Below the pieces are notes generated by a model. The model did no database searches and had not been told where the DNA came from. It worked only from the letters and a program-made list of their open reading frames with translations. Shown one piece after another: positions 28,408-37,968 of a DNA stretch of 54,742 nucleotides. Position 1 is the first letter of the stretch, and each line of letters begins with the position of its first letter. The translations under genes and the position numbers were made by a program. The DNA comes from an uncultured Opitutaceae bacterium. Its GTDB lineage: Bacteria > Verrucomicrobiota > Verrucomicrobiia > Opitutales > Opitutaceae. Location of the stretch: the NCBI GenBank assembly GCA_964521705.1, contig CAZFUD010000001.1:1-54742 (forward strand), written 5' to 3'.

Positions 28408-28449
28408 TCACGTTGACATACTCGCCATCAGGCGCAAAACGGTTAATCT

Positions 28450-29397
28450 ATGACAACTCCACGAATCAACGACCGGGCTGTCTTTTTCGCTCTAGCTGGC
28501 ATGGTGAGCGTCGCTACTGCGGCAGTCTGTATGGCAGAAGGCAAATTGCGCATCGCGGCGACAACAACCTTGGTAGCCGATCTAGCGGAGTCCGTTGCTG
28601 GTGATCATGCGATCGTGACTGGTTTGATGGGACCGGGAGTGGATCCGCATCTTTACAAGGCGACTGCGTCCGACATCAACACGCTCCAATCCGCCGACTT
28701 GATTCTCTACAACGGACTGCATCTTGAGGGGCGCTTAGCTGACCTGCTTGTGAAGCTAGGCCGTCGAGGAAAACCAGTATACGCTGTGACGGAGAACCTG
28801 CCTGAGGCAAAGCTTCTAGAGCCCGAGGAATTTCAGGGTCACTACGATCCACACGTGTGGTTCGATCCAAGACTATGGTCCCTCTGTGTTGAGACTGTGG
28901 TGGAAGCGCTCAGCTCGATTGACTCCCCAAACAAATCTCGATATGCCAAACAGGGAAAGTTGGTGAAATCTCGTTATCTCGAGTTCTATGATTGGGGGAA
29001 GCAATACATGTCTTCACTGTCTCCAGAGCAGAGATACTTGGTCACGAGTCACGATGCCTACAATTATTTCGGCAGGGCCTTTGATTTCCAAGTTATCGGC
29101 GTTCAAGGAATCTCCACTCAGAGCGAAGCCGGGCTAGCCGATATCGTTCAAATCGTGAAGTTCATTAGGGGAAAGGGCATAAAAGCCATTTTCGTAGAAT
29201 CAAGCGTATCACCTGCAGCCATACAACGAATTAGCCAAGACTCGGGTGTATCTATCGGCGGCGAACTCTTTTCGGACTCCATGGGGACAAAAGGCCATAT
29301 GGGCCAAGCCCGTGATGGATCTAGATTCGATCTCGGAACCTACGAGGGAATGGTTAAGGGGAATATTTCCACGATCACAGACGCTTTCGCGGAATAG
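28450..29397 (+). CDS. troA: Mn/Zn ABC transporter substrate-binding protein (TroA/MntA)
   Basis: MGPGVDPHLY, YNGLHLEG, DPHVWFDP, TSHDAYNYFG, IFVESSV, GGELFSDSMG. Confidence 0.95.
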   Translation: MTTPRINDRAVFFALAGMVSVATAAVCMAEGKLRIAATTTLVADLAESVAGDHAIVTGLMGPGVDPHLYKATASDINTLQSADLILYNGLHLEGRLADLLVKLGRRGKPVYAVTENLPEAKLLEPEEFQGHYDPHVWFDPRLWSLCVETVVEALSSIDSPNKSRYAKQGKLVKSRYLEFYDWGKQYMSSLSPEQRYLVTSHDAYNYFGRAFDFQVIGVQGISTQSEAGLADIVQIVKFIRGKGIKAIFVESSVSPAAIQRISQDSGVSIGGELFSDSMGTKGHMGQARDGSRFDLGTYEGMVKGNISTITDAFAE

Positions 29398-29412
29398 ATA
29401 ATCCAAAAGTCG

Positions 29413-30537
29413 ATGCACCCAAGATATTATATTCACCTCTGGGCAATTGTTACCACTTTTCTAGGTTTATCCACCATACGCGCATCTATTTTTTCGGTAC
29501 AGCCAACTGGAACGTTGACCCTCGAAGGATGGTCACTCTTCGATGGCGGCGTTGATACAAAGGAAAGTTCTCTGGCCTTGTTTCATTTAGGGAGCGATTT
29601 TTCGTTTGCAGACAAAACCCATGCTCACTTGGGAGCCTTCCTGTTTTCGGGCGACAATGACGTGGATTCCTTCACTGGCGATTTCGGCGTCTATAGCAAT
29701 GTCATCACCGATTCTCGCTACATCCTTTTTACAGCCTGGCTGCAAAGTGATTTCCAAGACTCTTCTTTTAGATGGGGCCAGCTAGCGGTAGATGAGACAT
29801 TCTTCGTTTCTGAAACCGGCAGCCTTTTTATTAACGGGAATTTCGGGGCCATACCCACCGTTTCCGCGAATGTCGCCGCTCCAGTTTTTTCCGTCGGTTC
29901 GGCAGGGGCGGAGTATCGGTATAATGGGCAACAAGGATACTTCCAGTTCGGCGCCTACGCGGGCGATTCTGGTCCTGGCGATAGAGACGATCACGGGTTC
30001 AACTGGGAAGCTGGAGGAGAAGCAGGCTATTTCTTTATTCTAGAAAGAGGTCTTGATTATCAATTGAATGCCTCTCAGTCGGGAACCATCAAAATCGGAG
30101 GCTACTATCACACCGGCCGATTCGAGTCTTTCGAAACGAATCGCTCATCAACAGGACTCTCATCACTCTATGGAGTCATCGATCAGAAACTATCTGAATC
30201 GCTAAGCTTTTTCGCTCGAGCCGGGTTTAATCCGGCTTCCGAAAGAAGCGTGGTAACTCGCTACGTGGATATTGGAATGGCTTGGCAACCGTTTGGCGAA
30301 GCGCGATCTCAAGATCTTATGGGTATCGCTTATTCGCATACACGCTTTTCTAATTCATACGTCGAATCAGAAAACCTGGTCTCCAACAGTCGCAGCGAAC
30401 AGGTATTGGAAATCACCCACTCCACGCAACTCGCAGGAGAGTGGATGATACAACCCTCCCTACAGTGGATCATCAACCCAATCAAGGCCACTGAAGATGC
30501 ACTAGTCGGAGGACTGCGTTTATTTCGGAAATTCTGA
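29413..30537 (+). CDS. OprB-family outer-membrane porin
   Basis: Signal peptide; WGQLAVDETF, LFING.FG, DLMGIA, EQVLEI, IQPSLQWIINP, LVGGLRL..F C-terminal strand. Confidence 0.85.
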   Translation: MHPRYYIHLWAIVTTFLGLSTIRASIFSVQPTGTLTLEGWSLFDGGVDTKESSLALFHLGSDFSFADKTHAHLGAFLFSGDNDVDSFTGDFGVYSNVITDSRYILFTAWLQSDFQDSSFRWGQLAVDETFFVSETGSLFINGNFGAIPTVSANVAAPVFSVGSAGAEYRYNGQQGYFQFGAYAGDSGPGDRDDHGFNWEAGGEAGYFFILERGLDYQLNASQSGTIKIGGYYHTGRFESFETNRSSTGLSSLYGVIDQKLSESLSFFARAGFNPASERSVVTRYVDIGMAWQPFGEARSQDLMGIAYSHTRFSNSYVESENLVSNSRSEQVLEITHSTQLAGEWMIQPSLQWIINPIKATEDALVGGLRLFRKF

Positions 30538-30577
30538 AGGATTCCTCGATCGCCTCCAGCAAAGCGAACCCACCTCT

Positions 30578-31402
30578 ATGTCTACGCATTCTCGCCCAGA
30601 GCCTACTTCCAAGACTCCCGCCCCTCTTGAAGTCCACGATTTAACGGTAGCCTACACCAAGCGACCCGTTCTCTATGGTATCGACTTAACCGCTCCCGCT
30701 GGTTCGATCGTCGGCGTTGTCGGGCCCAATGGAGCCGGCAAATCCACGCTCATTAAAGCTATCATGGGATTGCTTCCTACGGCCAGCGGTTGGATCAAAG
30801 TTTTCGGCATGCCTTTCCAGCAAGCGGTTACCCGTGTGGGCTATGTCCCCCAAAGAGAATCTGTAGATTGGGACTTTCCGGTTAATGCTATGGATGTCGT
30901 TCTTATGGGAAGATATGGACGGCTGGGACCCTTCAAGCGTCCGACCAAAGCGGATAAAGAGATCGCCATATCTTGTCTGGATAAGGTGAAGATGCTGCCC
31001 TTCGCAAAACGGCAAATTTCCAACCTCTCTGGAGGGCAGCAACAGCGCGTCTTTCTCGCCCGTGCCTTGGCTCAAGAAAGCGATCTCTACCTAATGGACG
31101 AGCCTTTCGTCGGGGTAGATGCCGCAACCGAAGCCGCCATAATCGAAATTCTTCGCGAGCTGCAACAGCAAGGTAAAACGCTTATCGTCGTCCATCACGA
31201 CCTGACTACCGCCCCCGATTATTTCGACCGTATCCTGCTTCTGAATATGCGGGTGGTCGCCTATGGAAAGACACAGGAAGTATTCACATTCGAAAATCTT
31301 CAAAATGCCTATGGTGGGCGCCTAAGCATCCTCTCGGAAGTCGCGCTGAGCCGAGCCCAGAAAAAAGCGGAGGGCGATACGCCTGACGACATTCACCTAT
31401 GA
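30578..31402 (+). CDS. troB: Mn/Zn ABC transporter ATPase (TroB/MntB)
   Basis: GPNGAGKST, GYVPQRESVDWDFP, LSGGQQQRVFLARAL, MDEPF, VHHDL. Confidence 0.96.
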   Translation: MSTHSRPEPTSKTPAPLEVHDLTVAYTKRPVLYGIDLTAPAGSIVGVVGPNGAGKSTLIKAIMGLLPTASGWIKVFGMPFQQAVTRVGYVPQRESVDWDFPVNAMDVVLMGRYGRLGPFKRPTKADKEIAISCLDKVKMLPFAKRQISNLSGGQQQRVFLARALAQESDLYLMDEPFVGVDAATEAAIIEILRELQQQGKTLIVVHHDLTTAPDYFDRILLLNMRVVAYGKTQEVFTFENLQNAYGGRLSILSEVALSRAQKKAEGDTPDDIHL

Positions 31403-32913
31403 GAGCTTTCTGGAAGCAGGATTTTCAAGCGAAAGCCAACCTTTCTCGGATGCACCGGCACGAAAGAACTTCCGCGTTAGTTCCACACCTTCGATTATTG
31501 GTATCGATATTCCTTCTACTGACCATCTCCTCGGTCGCCCACGCTGCTAAAATTGGTGAAATCGCGGATACTTCGTGGACGGAGCAAGCCCTAGATTTCT
31601 TCGCCCTGAAACACCCGGCCATTCGAGCCGCCGCTTTAGGAACACTTCTAATCGGATTCTGCTGCGGAACCTTGGGCAGTTTCCTGGTTGTTAGGAAACT
31701 GGCTTTGCTCGGAGATACGCTTTCTCATGCAGTCCTACCCGGGGTCGCCCTAGGATTCTTGTGGAGTGCCTCCAAAGATCCTTGGGCCATATTCGTTGGA
31801 GCTACCGGAGCCGGAATTATGGGCGTGGCCCTCGTCGGATGGATCAAGCAGACAACCCGCCTCAAGGAGGACAGCGCCATGGGAATGGTATTGGCGGGAT
31901 TTTATGGTCTGGGAGTTTGCCTCACCACCATGATTCAAAACATGGTGATGGGAAACAAATCGGGATTGGACAAATTCTTCTTCGGTCAAGCGGCTGCCTT
32001 GTCTTCAGGCGACTTGTGGCTGTTGGGAATTATATCTGCTATATCCATTATTCTAATACTTTTATTCTACAAAGAATTTTTGGCCATCAGCTTCGATATC
32101 GGCTTCGCCAAGGCAGTCGGCATGCCCGTGCAAGCCCTACACTATCTCTTAATGGCCCTGCTCACATTCGCCGTTGTCGTATCGCTACAGGCAGTGGGCG
32201 TCGTGCTTGTATCCGCACTGCTCATTACCCCTGCGGCAGCGGCCTACCTATTGACCGATCGTATGCATTGGATGCTGGTTCTCGCCGCTGGATTCGGCAT
32301 GATTTCCGGAATTCTGGGAGCATTCATTTCCTACTTATCCAATAATCTGCCAACCGGCCCATTGATCGTGCTAGGGTCGACATCCATTTTCGCCCTTGCA
32401 CTGGTATTTGGACCTAGGCACGGCCTGCTTACTAAAATTTTGCGGCGCAAGCGGCAGCGTAGGCGTATTGCATTGGAAAATACGTTGAAATCCGTATTCC
32501 ACCTTTCCGAAAGTTCCAGATTCACCCGTAAGGAGTTCGATATCTCCGAATTGGCCAAAGAAAGAAACCAGGATCTCGCTTCCACAGAAAAAGAGATTCG
32601 GGCACTAGTTGCCGCCCAGTTAGCCCGTCACGTCGACTCTGAAGGCGATGCTGAATGGAGCGGCAAAGCGCGATTTCAGCTTAAGAAGTCCGGTTGGCAT
32701 CGCGCCTGCGAGATCGTTCGCAACCACCGCCTCTGGGAACTCTACTTGACCAACGCAGCTCAGTACCAGAGCGATCACGTGCATGACGATGCCGAGGAGA
32801 TCGAACATCTGATTGGAGAAGATATCGTTCAACGAATCGAGGAGCGGTTGAGAAACCCTATACAGGATCCGCACGGCAAGTTAATTCCTCGTAGGGACCA
32901 GATCACGGCTTAG
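31399..32913 (+). CDS. troC: Mn/Zn ABC permease fused to C-terminal DtxR/TroR-like repressor domain
   Basis: GDTLSHAVLPG, SLQAVGVVLVSALLITPAAAA, PTGP; then ENTLKSVFHLSE, VRNHRLWELYL, HVHDDAEEIEH, DPHGKLIP; ATGA overlap with troB. Confidence 0.92.
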   Translation: MRAFWKQDFQAKANLSRMHRHERTSALVPHLRLLVSIFLLLTISSVAHAAKIGEIADTSWTEQALDFFALKHPAIRAAALGTLLIGFCCGTLGSFLVVRKLALLGDTLSHAVLPGVALGFLWSASKDPWAIFVGATGAGIMGVALVGWIKQTTRLKEDSAMGMVLAGFYGLGVCLTTMIQNMVMGNKSGLDKFFFGQAAALSSGDLWLLGIISAISIILILLFYKEFLAISFDIGFAKAVGMPVQALHYLLMALLTFAVVVSLQAVGVVLVSALLITPAAAAYLLTDRMHWMLVLAAGFGMISGILGAFISYLSNNLPTGPLIVLGSTSIFALALVFGPRHGLLTKILRRKRQRRRIALENTLKSVFHLSESSRFTRKEFDISELAKERNQDLASTEKEIRALVAAQLARHVDSEGDAEWSGKARFQLKKSGWHRACEIVRNHRLWELYLTNAAQYQSDHVHDDAEEIEHLIGEDIVQRIEERLRNPIQDPHGKLIPRRDQITA

Positions 32914-32926
32914 GGAACGCATCGGT

Positions 32927-33907
32927 ATGCAACGAGAAAGACTCATTCCCGAATTCGATTGGCACACGGTATTCGTCCAGCCGTGGTCGGAATACGCATC
33001 CAATTCCTTGTGGATTGTTCTCATGGGCTTTCTCGTATCCGGAACCTGCGGACTGGTTGGTTGCTTCGTTGTCCTAAGACGCATGGCTCTCGTTGGGGAT
33101 GCTATCAGCCATAGCTTATTACCTGGGATCACCTTGGCCTTTCTGCTTACCCACTCCCGGGACACGCTACCTATGATGATTGGGGCGATTGCGGCAGGCG
33201 TGTTAACTGTAGCTCTGATCGAAGCGATTCGCTATACATCCCGGATAAAAGCTGACGCCGCTATCGGTATAGTGTTTTCCAGTCTCTTCGCAGTTGGAGT
33301 AATTATGATTTCCGTTTTCGCCGACAAAGTGGATTTGGATGCGGAGTGCGTCCTCTACGGCGAGCTCGGATTTATTCCCCTCCAGGAAGTAGCCTACTTT
33401 GGCGACCTGGCAATCGGTCCTGAGCCAGTAGTTCGAATGGCCGTAATCGCCGTAATTGCCATCATCCTTCTAATCGCATTTTACAAGGAAATGCTCGTCA
33501 CCTCGTTTGACGCGGGATTGGCAGCGTCACTCGGGATCAGTCCCGCCCGTTACCAATACGGACTGACACTATTCCTTTCGATCGTAATCGTAAGCTCGTT
33601 CGAATCGGTTGGAGTCGTTCTCGTGATCGCTATGATAATCTTTCCGGGAGCGACGGCGTTGCTGCTAACCGATCGGCTATCCAACGCTCTTTGGATCTCA
33701 ACGGCATTCACAGCCTTATACGCAGTTTTCGGATTCCACCTAGCAACCTGGCTAAACGCCTCAATTGCCGGGGGAATGACTGTCATCGCGGGTGTCCTGT
33801 TCGGGATCGTTTGGATGGCATCTCCGAATCAGGGCCTCTTTTTTCAATACCGTCGGCACCGCCACTCGAAAAACGAAGAGAATTTGGAGCCGATCAATCT
33901 TAGTTAA
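32927..33907 (+). CDS. troD: Mn/Zn ABC transporter permease (TroD)
   Basis: GDAISHSLLPG, VDLDAECVLYGE, SFESVGVVLV. Confidence 0.93.
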   Translation: MQRERLIPEFDWHTVFVQPWSEYASNSLWIVLMGFLVSGTCGLVGCFVVLRRMALVGDAISHSLLPGITLAFLLTHSRDTLPMMIGAIAAGVLTVALIEAIRYTSRIKADAAIGIVFSSLFAVGVIMISVFADKVDLDAECVLYGELGFIPLQEVAYFGDLAIGPEPVVRMAVIAVIAIILLIAFYKEMLVTSFDAGLAASLGISPARYQYGLTLFLSIVIVSSFESVGVVLVIAMIIFPGATALLLTDRLSNALWISTAFTALYAVFGFHLATWLNASIAGGMTVIAGVLFGIVWMASPNQGLFFQYRRHRHSKNEENLEPINLS

Positions 33908-35336
33908 TCTCGTTTTTGAATCTGAACTTCTCGACAGGCGAAGGCGTATTCGATTCTCGAGCAACCCGGGCCAGCGATTCGACGATCTCTGGTCGCCGCG
34001 GGGCTAGGTTTTCAGTTTCCCCTATGTCTTTGGAAAGATCGTACAGTTCCCAAGGACCTTGCGGGGTCTTATCTATATCATACTTGACGAGTTTCCACTT
34101 TCCTTTTCGGACAGCCACTCGGCCACCTCGTTCATAAAATCCCCAGAAAAGATGGTCATGCGAACGTTGCGACCCGGACCGAAGCAAAGTCGGGGCAAAA
34201 GATATTCCATCCAGACCGTCTGGAATCGAAATTCCAGCAATTTCACAGAAAGTTGGGAATACGTCCCAGAATGCTGAAATATGATCAGACTTCGAGTTGG
34301 GAGCTATGCGTCCAGTCCAACGGGCCAGCATGGGGACGCGAATACCGCCCTCATAGAGATCCCGCTTGAATCCGAGGAAGGGCCCATTGCTATCGAAGTA
34401 ATCAGGATCCGCTCCCCCTTCCTTGTGGGCTCCATTGTCAGAGGTGAAGATGACCAGCGTATTCTTATCGATCTTGAGAGCCGCGAGCTTGTCCAGGATT
34501 TGGCCGACATGATCATCCAGCATTGTAACCATGGCTGCAAATGCCGCGTGACTTTCTGGCTGGGAACCGTATGGGCCATTTCGAAAATTTTGGCCGTCAT
34601 CGGTTCCTTCATACGATTTTTCCGGAAGCAGCTTTCCTCTGAAACGGGCCATGTACCTCTCTGGAGCAAATAGCTCCGCGTGGGGGATCACATGTGGGAC
34701 AAAGCAGAAAAAGGGTTGGTCTTTATTTTGTTCGATGAATTCCAAGGTCTTTTCCTGAATCAAGTCCGGAGCATACACTCCCTCGTCTTTTCCTTCATTG
34801 CCCTCCAATTCTACCTTATCCAGGTTCGACCATAGGTGATAGGGATAGTAATTGTGGGCTATTCTCTGGCAATTGTATCCAAAAAATACGTCGAAGCCTT
34901 GGTTCGTAGGATCGCCTTCAGATCCGGGGAATCCCAATCCCCATTTCCCAAACGCTCCGGTGACGTAGCCTTCCGCTTTGAGAACCTCTGCTATCGTCAC
35001 GCTTTCGGCCGGCATAGCCATTTGACCTTCGGGTCTTATCTCGAAGTTTCCTCTGATAGGCGTATTGCCGGTATCCAGGCCCGTCATCAAACAAGATCGA
35101 GACGGAGCGCATACCGTGCTACCGGAATAATGCTGAGTAAACTGAATACCCTCTTTCGCTATGCGATCTATGTTGGGCGTTTGGAAATGCTTTTGCCCAT
35201 AAAGGCTTAGATCCCCCCAACCGAGGTCATCTGCCAGAATGTAGACGATATGGGGGGGACGTTCTGCAAAAGTCGCCAGGTTTATGCTCAAGCAAAGCAG
35301 GGTGATTAGCGGGCGTATTGATAAACGGTTGCTCAT
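33900..35336 (-). CDS. Arylsulfatase-family sulfatase
   Basis: PHIVYILADDLGWGD, CAPSRSCLMTG, GKWGLG, SDNG, KRDLYEGGIRVP. Confidence 0.95.
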   Translation of the reverse strand: MSNRLSIRPLITLLCLSINLATFAERPPHIVYILADDLGWGDLSLYGQKHFQTPNIDRIAKEGIQFTQHYSGSTVCAPSRSCLMTGLDTGNTPIRGNFEIRPEGQMAMPAESVTIAEVLKAEGYVTGAFGKWGLGFPGSEGDPTNQGFDVFFGYNCQRIAHNYYPYHLWSNLDKVELEGNEGKDEGVYAPDLIQEKTLEFIEQNKDQPFFCFVPHVIPHAELFAPERYMARFRGKLLPEKSYEGTDDGQNFRNGPYGSQPESHAAFAAMVTMLDDHVGQILDKLAALKIDKNTLVIFTSDNGAHKEGGADPDYFDSNGPFLGFKRDLYEGGIRVPMLARWTGRIAPNSKSDHISAFWDVFPTFCEIAGISIPDGLDGISFAPTLLRSGSQRSHDHLFWGFYERGGRVAVRKGKWKLVKYDIDKTPQGPWELYDLSKDIGETENLAPRRPEIVESLARVARESNTPSPVEKFRFKNEIN

Positions 35337-35491
35337 ATAGGATCAATTCACCCCTTTGAAGCCGATTCCTAGGCAAGATGCAAGGGCCCTTGAATCCTGA
35401 AATCTATTGAAATTTGGCCCCTTTTCCAAAATACCTGCACACCACTCGCTAACCGGTGGGAATCAGCAGCCCAAATCTGTCGCAACTATTG

Positions 35492-36910
35492 ATGAATCGC
35501 TCAATCCGTCTCCTATTCCTAGCTCTACTCCAGTTTTTACTAACTATCGGGGTGGGAAATGCTCAAACCGCTAAGCCCAATTTCGTTTTTCTCCTTGTTG
35601 ATGATTTGGGGTGGATGGGGCTAGGGTGCTACGGGAGCGATTTCCACGAAACCCCCAACATCGACGCCTTGGCCGCTTCCGGGGTCCGCTTTACGGACGC
35701 TTACGCCGCCTCGCCTGTTTGCTCCCCCACTCGAGCCGCAATTATGACGGGTCGATATCCGTCCCGAGTCGACATAACCGACTGGATACCTGGCCTTGTC
35801 CCCAAGCAGCCCAAGCTCTCGACCCCCGAAGACAGGGGCAATTTGGCTCTGGACGAAATTACCATCGCCGAGGCATTGAAGAATGAGGGGTATCAAACTT
35901 TCTACGCGGGAAAATGGCATTTGGGCAGCGAAGGGCATTTCCCTGAGAACCAGGGATTCGATATAAACAAGGGAGGACACAATAGAGGCAGCCCTCCAGG
36001 CGGCTACTACGCCCCATTCAAAAACCCTCGACTGGAAGACAAGCCAGATGATCACTATCTGACTGATAGGCTTACGAATGAGTCGATCGCTTTCCTAGAT
36101 CAGCGAAATCAATCCCAACCCTTTTTCCTCTATCTGGCCTATTACACGGTACATACGCCTATCCAAGGTTGCGATCAGTACGACGACTACTTCGAAAAGA
36201 AAGCGAAATCCCTGAAGGGCAACGCCCCCCCTATCGTGGAACACGATGGTTTGACGCATTCGAGACAAGACAATGCCAAGCTGGCGGCGATGACCAAGTC
36301 GTTGGACGCCAGTGTCGGTCGCTTGCTTGATGCTCTCGAATCACGCGGGTTGGACGAAAACACCGTAATTGTATTCACATCGGATAACGGGGGCCTATCC
36401 ACCAAAGCCACCCCAGGGCCTGCATCCGTCTTGCCACTACGAGCTGGGAAGGGATGGTGCTACGAAGGAGGTATTCGCGTGCCGTTGATCATTCGAGCTC
36501 CAGGTGTCAGCCAGCCTGGACACGTATCCAAGGAACTCGCAATCAGTATGGATTTTTTCCCTACGATTCTTGATCTTGCCGGCATTCAGAAGATGCCGCG
36601 TGTACATCGAGATGGAATCAGCCTGAGGGAAGCGATCAAAGGCGCTCACCTAAATCGCGACACACTGTATTGGCATTATCCTCACTACCACGGCTCAACC
36701 TGGACGCCTGGCTCGGCTATTCGTTCAGGCGATTGGAAGGCCATTCAATTTTATCACCATGAAAAAGCGGAGCTCTATAATTTGAGTTCCGATCTTGGTG
36801 AAACCCATAACCTTTCTGAATCTCGCCCAGAGAAGCTCCAAGAGCTTCTCAGCAAACTAGAAGAGCTGCAGAAACAATCAAAAGCCAAACTGCCTAAGCC
36901 GAAGACCTAA
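35492..36910 (+). CDS. Sulfatase
   Basis: PNFVFLLVDDLGW, CSPTRAAIMTG, GKWHLG, SDNGG, EGGIRVP, LYWHYPHY; start moved to ATG 35492. Confidence 0.95.
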   Translation: MNRSIRLLFLALLQFLLTIGVGNAQTAKPNFVFLLVDDLGWMGLGCYGSDFHETPNIDALAASGVRFTDAYAASPVCSPTRAAIMTGRYPSRVDITDWIPGLVPKQPKLSTPEDRGNLALDEITIAEALKNEGYQTFYAGKWHLGSEGHFPENQGFDINKGGHNRGSPPGGYYAPFKNPRLEDKPDDHYLTDRLTNESIAFLDQRNQSQPFFLYLAYYTVHTPIQGCDQYDDYFEKKAKSLKGNAPPIVEHDGLTHSRQDNAKLAAMTKSLDASVGRLLDALESRGLDENTVIVFTSDNGGLSTKATPGPASVLPLRAGKGWCYEGGIRVPLIIRAPGVSQPGHVSKELAISMDFFPTILDLAGIQKMPRVHRDGISLREAIKGAHLNRDTLYWHYPHYHGSTWTPGSAIRSGDWKAIQFYHHEKAELYNLSSDLGETHNLSESRPEKLQELLSKLEELQKQSKAKLPKPKT

Positions 36911-36950
36911 GGATAGCGAAATTTTAAATCTCGGCCGCGCTTTTTGCATT

Positions 36951-37881
36951 ATGAAATCATTTAAAATCGTCCTCCTTATTGCATTCCTCTTCTCCGCCTG
37001 CCTCCTTGAAGGAGAATATCCGGAAAAGCCGATTCGAGTAATCGTTCCCACGGCCGCTGGTGGCGGGCACGACACCGTCGCCCGCGTTTTCCAACGGACT
37101 ATCGAGGAAGCCGATCTGCTAAGCAAAAAGCTGGTGGTGGTCAATATTCCCGGAGCTGGTGGCGCTGTCGGCACTCGAAGGATAAAAGACTCTCCAAATG
37201 ATGGATACACTATTGGAGTTTGGAATCCGAACGCCCTTATCTCGGCCAAACTAATGGGGATCACCAACTACGATCACACGGACTACGAGATCATAGCCAT
37301 GACAGGGTATACCGATCTGGGCATGGGCGTCAAAGAGGATTCGCCCATAGAAAATGTGGGCGATTTGATAGACCTGGCCAAACGGAGTCCGGGCTCAATG
37401 AAACTGGCCACGGAAATAGGCACAGCCGCCCACATCATCCCCGAGATTCTAGCCGACAAAGGGGGATTTCAGTTTCGAGTCGTTCCCTCAGGTGGCGGCT
37501 CTAAGCGATTAGCCTCATTGCTTGGCGGGCACACGGACATTAGCCCTAATAAATTTTCAAGCTTCGGGAATTCGCCCGCTTCTGCTCTTCTCAGGCGAGA
37601 GAACGCCTCTCCTCCCAGACACTCCAACCGCACTGGAGAGCAGCATTAATCTAGCAATCAACGAATCGCGAATATGGCTAGCTCCGAAAGGAACAGACAA
37701 TGCAAAACTGGAAGTGATTAGAGCCGCTCTCAAGGCCGCCATCGAAATTCCTGACGCGAAGAAACGATTGGAAGGCCTAGGCATCACTCCAATCTATGGA
37801 GATCAGGATTCCGTTTTCGCCGATATCGATCGTATGCGTGAACTGACGGAGCCGATAATACCCAAAATTCGCCGACGGTAG
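36951..37881 (+). pseudogene. tctC: Tripartite tricarboxylate transporter substrate-binding protein (TctC/Bug), frameshifted
   Basis: YPEKPIRVIVP.AAGGG.D..AR, VVNIPGAGG, DGYTI, GG...LLGGHTD in 36951-37649; LAPKGTD and C-terminus in the +1 frame (37522-37881); junction about 37535-37550. Confidence 0.82.
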
Positions 37882-37968
37882 GCGACCGAATTACAAAGGC
37901 CGGGCTGTTTGAGGATTCGTCTTCACTCTATTATGGAGAGACAAGCAAGCAGCCCTACCTTATCTACG

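Noticed and set aside
33900-33907. Overlap of convergent troD and sulfatase 3' ends
   Set aside because: An 8-bp stop-region overlap is common in compact genomes.
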